Below are positions 7,901 to 10,101 of a stretch of 10,101 nt of DNA, piece after piece. The DNA comes from a virus (Duplodnaviria > Heunggongvirae > Uroviricota > Caudoviricetes): the IMG/VR virus record IMGVR_UViG_2617270959_000008. One strand, given 5' to 3'. Within the stretch, counting starts at the first letter, position 1, and each line of letters begins with the position of its first letter. The notes below the pieces were generated by a model. That model worked only from the letters and a program-made list of their open reading frames with translations, ran no database searches and was not told the DNA's origin. The translations under genes were made by a program, and so were the position numbers.

Positions 7901-8078
7901 TGTTCAAGAATCTCTTTTCTTCAAGATTAATCAAATTATAACAAGTAACTATGATTTAAAAAGAACTGAAGAAGAAGCATTGAAAGAGTTAGCAAAAAAC
8001 ATTGGCATTAAAAGAAAATTAATTCTCACACCCAAGATTAGTGATGCCTTTAATACGTTAAACCGCATAGGACATTAA
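4926..8078 (+). CDS. Large fusion protein (about 1050 aa): N-terminal SbcD/Mre11-like metallophosphoesterase domain + central P-loop NTPase (STAND/AAA-like spacing) + about 450-aa helical C-terminal region; candidate single-gene anti-phage defense protein
   Basis: Uninterrupted 3.15-kb ORF in about 27% G+C DNA. The ATG at 4926 has an AAGGGA ribosome-binding site; the ORF-track start at 4896 is a TTG. Metallophosphoesterase motifs are all present: IVHLSDLHLS (DxH, 4950-4958), FFTGDLTF (GD, 5085-5090), GNHD (5199-5210), CHH (5562-5570), GHMHD (5646-5660); the first three resemble SbcD/Mre11. Walker A is VGNHSSGKTS (6120-6146) and Walker B is CVIYIDNLD (6351-6374). Confidence 0.9.
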   Translation: MKSIVHLSDLHLSDSKKYGFHWKKAKELVTVLVNDIHSLSKENNLQIDAIFFTGDLTFSGTKEQFQLFDEHFLSPLIQKLNISKKNIFITPGNHDVDRSKVHPLEKQLRTGSDENFISSYFDMINNGEYSWERLYEYCEYNKTILDHHSDVEQSGRMITCFKVTNKLYVVSVNSAWLAMDDNDIGNLRITQKQIDFINRAKIPSDAKIILLCHHPLDWLNKNDRDIFSTFIEKKVSMFFFGHMHDFKQKLESSFCENITLFLQAGTLDTSENVSGYSLINFNSSNVISDGRIFYRKYNKEKTCYEPWEERGNGGVFDFTTEKTLTFDSEKFATLSNEILEKTDKDLLINIGISDEKKKSLRTLFTEPNFLEFALGAMPSMEIKSTQELLEGRNNLVIVGNHSSGKTSLLKYLFIKSLEKQACKDFSNFAFFLDLNAIELNRLNTIVSALCTQYFNADSTTSFEEKIKKMLHEGRCVIYIDNLDNINTKEQCVISDFFIKFKECRFIVTAGYNNSDLVVKILSDESKAKFHAIAIGSLRRSNVRDIVSRWHDTTSQNIIYKEITRTINNSQLPHNYFTYSMLLAIYEVDHDVKGILSESDIIENFIEILLRKHFMDTPPNKPQFKELRHFLGYLGFTLFKNKCNFISNNDLLQTAIIFNRDTMHDYQVEDYIKPLKECGILKEELCNVIFSQPCFLYYSIAYFMKHNEELKKEILSDNNYLHLHKVIEYYSSQNSSSLDLLYLLKKKTNAIKSSLSERMLEDKGINIEDIKIEDSNTFSILDMVSTQDDFEKKIESLRADREKDDARLDELSPLSDKDKKANISNVRAEGNNNLLHDLINTLSLYARVFRSTELSMERENILNIFNDLVKGYVFYMKASLVLMDDSFVLPVILPALEKKMQEDKLTDNERQRVFEMFKLVLSLVRSMIPNNIQFIMSNDLSSKKPRIANIITESKDSNSNPVEKAILTFTLMDIKDEMVIQLANDLAKIQNKVVQESLFFKINQIITSNYDLKRTEEEALKELAKNIGIKRKLILTPKISDAFNTLNRIGH

Positions 8079-8104
8079 AATGCCACTTTTTTGATATAAT
8101 TAAA

Positions 8105-8126
8105 AACCACCCGTAACAGGGTGGTT
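8105..8126. terminator. Hairpin terminator between convergent genes; stronger in the minus-strand direction (candidate tR'-like late terminator and/or terminator of the large plus-strand gene)
   Basis: Perfect 8-bp stem AACCACCC (8105-8112) pairs with GGGTGGTT (8119-8126) around the loop GTAACA. The minus-strand RNA has a downstream U-rich tract (UUUUAAUUAUAU). The plus strand has an A-tract before and a weak UUCUCU after the stem. The hairpin lies 27 nt after the stop of the large gene. Confidence 0.5.
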
Positions 8127-8181
8127 CTCTACCTCTGCTGCAATATATCTCAAATAATTAAAACGAGCAGGAATTTACCTA

Positions 8182-8361
8182 TCAAAAAACTTGACTACCG
8201 GAATTCGAATTTAAAACCCCATTAGTCTTTTTAGGTTTTGTCATTTTCAAATTAGCTTTCATACTACATGCCATAAAATATTGGGTAAGAAAAATGGTAT
8301 TTAAATAATTCCAAGAAGTAGTTTTATCATAAAAATAATTAATTCTTTGTTTCTTATTCAT
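8182..8361 (-). CDS. Hypothetical small protein (59 aa) with a strong Shine-Dalgarno sequence, between Q and the hairpin terminator
   Basis: ATG at 8361-8359 is preceded by AAGGAG with a 5-nt spacer; the ORF-track start is a GTG at 8367. Product MNKKQRINYFYDKTTSWNYLNTIFLTQYFMACSMKANLKMTKPKKTNGVLNSNSGSQVF is Lys/Asn-rich with one hydrophobic stretch. No recognisable homology. Confidence 0.4.
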   Translation of the reverse strand: MNKKQRINYFYDKTTSWNYLNTIFLTQYFMACSMKANLKMTKPKKTNGVLNSNSGSQVF

Positions 8362-8592
8362 GCACACTCCTTAGTAAAATATAGAAATAAAAGACAAATC
8401 ACTTATAAATGTCATGTTAAAAAAATTCTCATCATGATTATTGATGAGTGATTTTATATTATCAAAAAATTATATTATTAACAACTCTTGTTTATTACTC
8501 AACCAATACCAAAATCATTAGCCACGCATATATATTTTCAAACATATAAAAACAACACACAATATAAAATCCAGCCACAAAAACTCGCACTT

Positions 8593-8937
8593 CTATTTTA
8601 TGAAATAAAAACACCCTTCAATAAAACCTAAAGCAGTTTGCAATTCCTTTCTAATCGTACCGTCCGAACATTTTCGCTTCTTCGCAATAGTTCTAAGCGA
8701 AATACCAATAACAAAATGAGCTATAATTAGCTCATATTCCTCTGGTTTATACTTGCGCAACCGAGCCACACAACTATCTATCATAATGCCTTCGTCATCA
8801 TCACACTGAATCCGGGACTTTTTGCCATGAGGTAAAAGCCCCTTGAAGCCAGCGGCTACCGGTTGCCAATCCACACCACTGTTATCTGCTGCAGCCCATG
8901 CTCCCCAGCGGTCCAATACTTCATACATATCACGCAT
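8593..8937 (-). CDS. Late-gene antiterminator Q, QuuD-type
   Basis: Product MRDMYEVLDRWGAWAAADNSGVDWQPVAAGFKGLLPHGKKSRIQCDDDEGIMIDSCVARLRKYK... aligns with my recollection of E. coli DLP12 QuuD (MRDIQMVLERWGAWAA...AAGFKGL...CSDG...). The ATG at 8937 has a GGAGA ribosome-binding site 6 nt upstream; the ORF-track start at 8952 is a TTG. It lies immediately upstream of the lysis cassette region. Confidence 0.8.
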   Translation of the reverse strand: MRDMYEVLDRWGAWAAADNSGVDWQPVAAGFKGLLPHGKKSRIQCDDDEGIMIDSCVARLRKYKPEEYELIIAHFVIGISLRTIAKKRKCSDGTIRKELQTALGFIEGCFYFIK

Positions 8938-8954
8938 CAACTTTCTCCACAAAA

Positions 8955-9542
8955 TCAGGCCAGCACGCCAATTGCCAGCGCACGATCGATAAAACGAAAT
9001 ATCAGCTCCAGCTGGGAGCCATACTTCTCTTCAAATGCCACGGTATCCGCATGCAGCTCGTCGTGATGCTTTCTGCACAAAGGCAACACAAAGAGGTCAT
9101 GCGCTTTTGTACCCATTCCACCCTGACCGTGGCCTATCAGGTGGTGGGGATCATCAGCAGGCTTTCCACAACATGCACACGGCTGTGTCTTAACCCAGCG
9201 CGTGTACTTTTCATTAACCCAGCGGTGACGTTTTGGGCGTAACATAAAAGACTCCGGCGACTCCGGCTCCACTTTCAGCGCCAGCACCTTTTTCGCTTTA
9301 TCCTGGATGATGCTGGTGGCAGGAACCGAAGGAACAAGGTCACTTTCCCGGGTGACAGACGGCACTACAGGCTTCGGTAATCTCAGTGCCTTACGGGCTG
9401 CACTTTCCGGTAAGGCATCCGCCAGGTCATTACGAACCAGCCACCAGCATAGTTCCGGCATTGTCACAACGTGACTATCATCAAAACCGAGATCCCGACG
9501 CACAACAGACAACATCCAGCGGGCACAGTTATCCGTTGCCAT
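8955..9542 (-). CDS. DUF968-like phage protein, C-terminal Cys/His-rich (HNH-like or zinc-binding) portion
   Basis: 195-aa ORF containing CACCGKPADDPHHLIGHGQGGMGTKAHDLFVLPLCRKHHDELH, which I recall as the conserved core of DUF968 proteins found next to Q in lambdoid prophages. Its stop lies 15 nt from the Q start. Confidence 0.7.
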   Translation of the reverse strand: MATDNCARWMLSVVRRDLGFDDSHVVTMPELCWWLVRNDLADALPESAARKALRLPKPVVPSVTRESDLVPSVPATSIIQDKAKKVLALKVEPESPESFMLRPKRHRWVNEKYTRWVKTQPCACCGKPADDPHHLIGHGQGGMGTKAHDLFVLPLCRKHHDELHADTVAFEEKYGSQLELIFRFIDRALAIGVLA

Positions 9543-9949
9543 TGATTCCAGCCATTCGTGAACTGATCGCGCAGCTGGTTATCGCAGTGCCAGCACAGAC
9601 GGATTGCGCCCGGCGCGTGTCGCATTGTGGTCATGTTCTCGCTGTGCCAGTCGGAATGAGGCCACTGGCAGCCTTTTTCACGAAGTAACCAGCTTTCAAG
9701 ACATTCCACTCCACCAGCACGACGGATCACTGCCTCATTGCGGAACACGGCCCGAACGGCAGGATCATCCGCCAGCGGTTGTGATGCTGCCGGAACGGCA
9801 CCACTGGCGAAAGATGAATAACGTTCCGGCTCAGGCTCCAGCAGGACACGCCCCTGCATAAACAGGGGCATCAGCTCTGAACCTGGTCTGAACAATACGA
9901 TCCCCATACGCGGGGCAATTTCAGGGGTCAGTAGTGCTCTCACGGTCAC
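9464..9949 (-). CDS. Hypothetical phage protein (161 aa); may be the N-terminal part of the DUF968-like gene separated by a frameshift, or an independent overlapping gene
   Basis: GTG start at 9949 preceded by a GAGGTGA ribosome-binding site that overlaps the stop of the upstream gene. Contains CWHCDNQ. It overlaps the 8955-9542 ORF by 79 nt in a different frame. Confidence 0.5.
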   Translation of the reverse strand: MTVRALLTPEIAPRMGIVLFRPGSELMPLFMQGRVLLEPEPERYSSFASGAVPAASQPLADDPAVRAVFRNEAVIRRAGGVECLESWLLREKGCQWPHSDWHSENMTTMRHAPGAIRLCWHCDNQLRDQFTNGWNQWQRITVPAGCCLLCVGISVLMIVTL

Positions 9950-9950
9950 C

Positions 9951-10100
9951 TCAATGAACGGTATCGAGCAGCTTTAACAGCTCAGGGAATCGGGATTCGA
10001 AGAAATGCGGCTGCGTCTCGCGCGGATTTGCAGGACTGGTGATGTTCTTGCCGAACATGCAGCCTTTCGCTGTCAGCGACCAGAATTTTTTGATGTTGTT
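9951..10100 (-). CDS. Hypothetical phage protein, C-terminal 49 codons only (gene begins beyond the window end)
   Basis: Minus-strand frame is open from the window edge to a TGA at 9953-9951 (…NNIKKFWSLTAKGCMFGKNITSPANPRETQPHFFESRFPELLKLLDTVH). The stop overlaps the ribosome-binding site of the next gene, suggesting translational coupling. Identity not recognised. Confidence 0.45.
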   Translation of the reverse strand, partial: NNIKKFWSLTAKGCMFGKNITSPANPRETQPHFFESRFPELLKLLDTVH

Positions 10101-10101
10101 A

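Noticed and set aside
4926-8078. Reading the large gene as a fused SbcD-SbcC (Mre11-Rad50) repair complex
   Set aside because: Rad50/SbcC-type ABC ATPases have Walker A and Walker B separated by a long coiled coil (hundreds of residues). Here they are about 75 residues apart, which fits AAA+/STAND-type NTPases instead.
8863-9861. Plus-strand ORFs 8863-9066, 8898-9242, 9386-9688, 9604-9861
   Set aside because: Antisense to the Q and DUF968-like genes; shadow-ORF composition, no ribosome-binding sites.
1-10101. Search for tRNA, rRNA, CRISPR arrays, integrase/att sites or IS elements
   Set aside because: No tandem direct repeats with spacers, no tRNA-like conserved stems and no transposase- or integrase-like ORF were seen. 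The window is all late-operon genes plus cargo, so prophage ends are presumably outside it.

Overview
This window is the late-gene region of a lambdoid prophage from an enterobacterial host, transcribed almost entirely on the minus strand, with two AT-rich cargo islands inserted into it. Reading the minus strand 5'->3' (high to low coordinates): a partial upstream gene, a DUF968-like gene (possibly split), a QuuD-type antiterminator Q, cargo island B (about 4.82-8.59 kb), a lambda-S-family holin, a lambda-R-type endolysin, overlapping Rz/Rz1 spanins, cargo island A (about 2.10-3.18 kb), an HNH endonuclease, a putative cos region, a P27-family small terminase and the first 370 codons of the large terminase. 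Hand counts of sample 60-nt lines give about 27-28% G+C inside the islands versus about 55% in the phage backbone. The headline is island B: one plus-strand gene (4926-8078, about 1050 aa) lying antisense to the late operon in the Q-to-holin moron slot. It fuses an N-terminal SbcD/Mre11-like metallophosphoesterase domain with all metal-binding motifs intact, a central P-loop NTPase (Walker A and B about 75 residues apart) and a long helical C-terminal region. I interpret it as a candidate single-protein STAND/Avs-like anti-phage defense gene with a metallophosphoesterase nuclease effector; this is inference from motifs, not a database hit. Island A carries a membrane-anchored 197-aa protein of unknown function and a small convergent ORF. 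No tRNA, rRNA, CRISPR array, integrase or transposase was seen.
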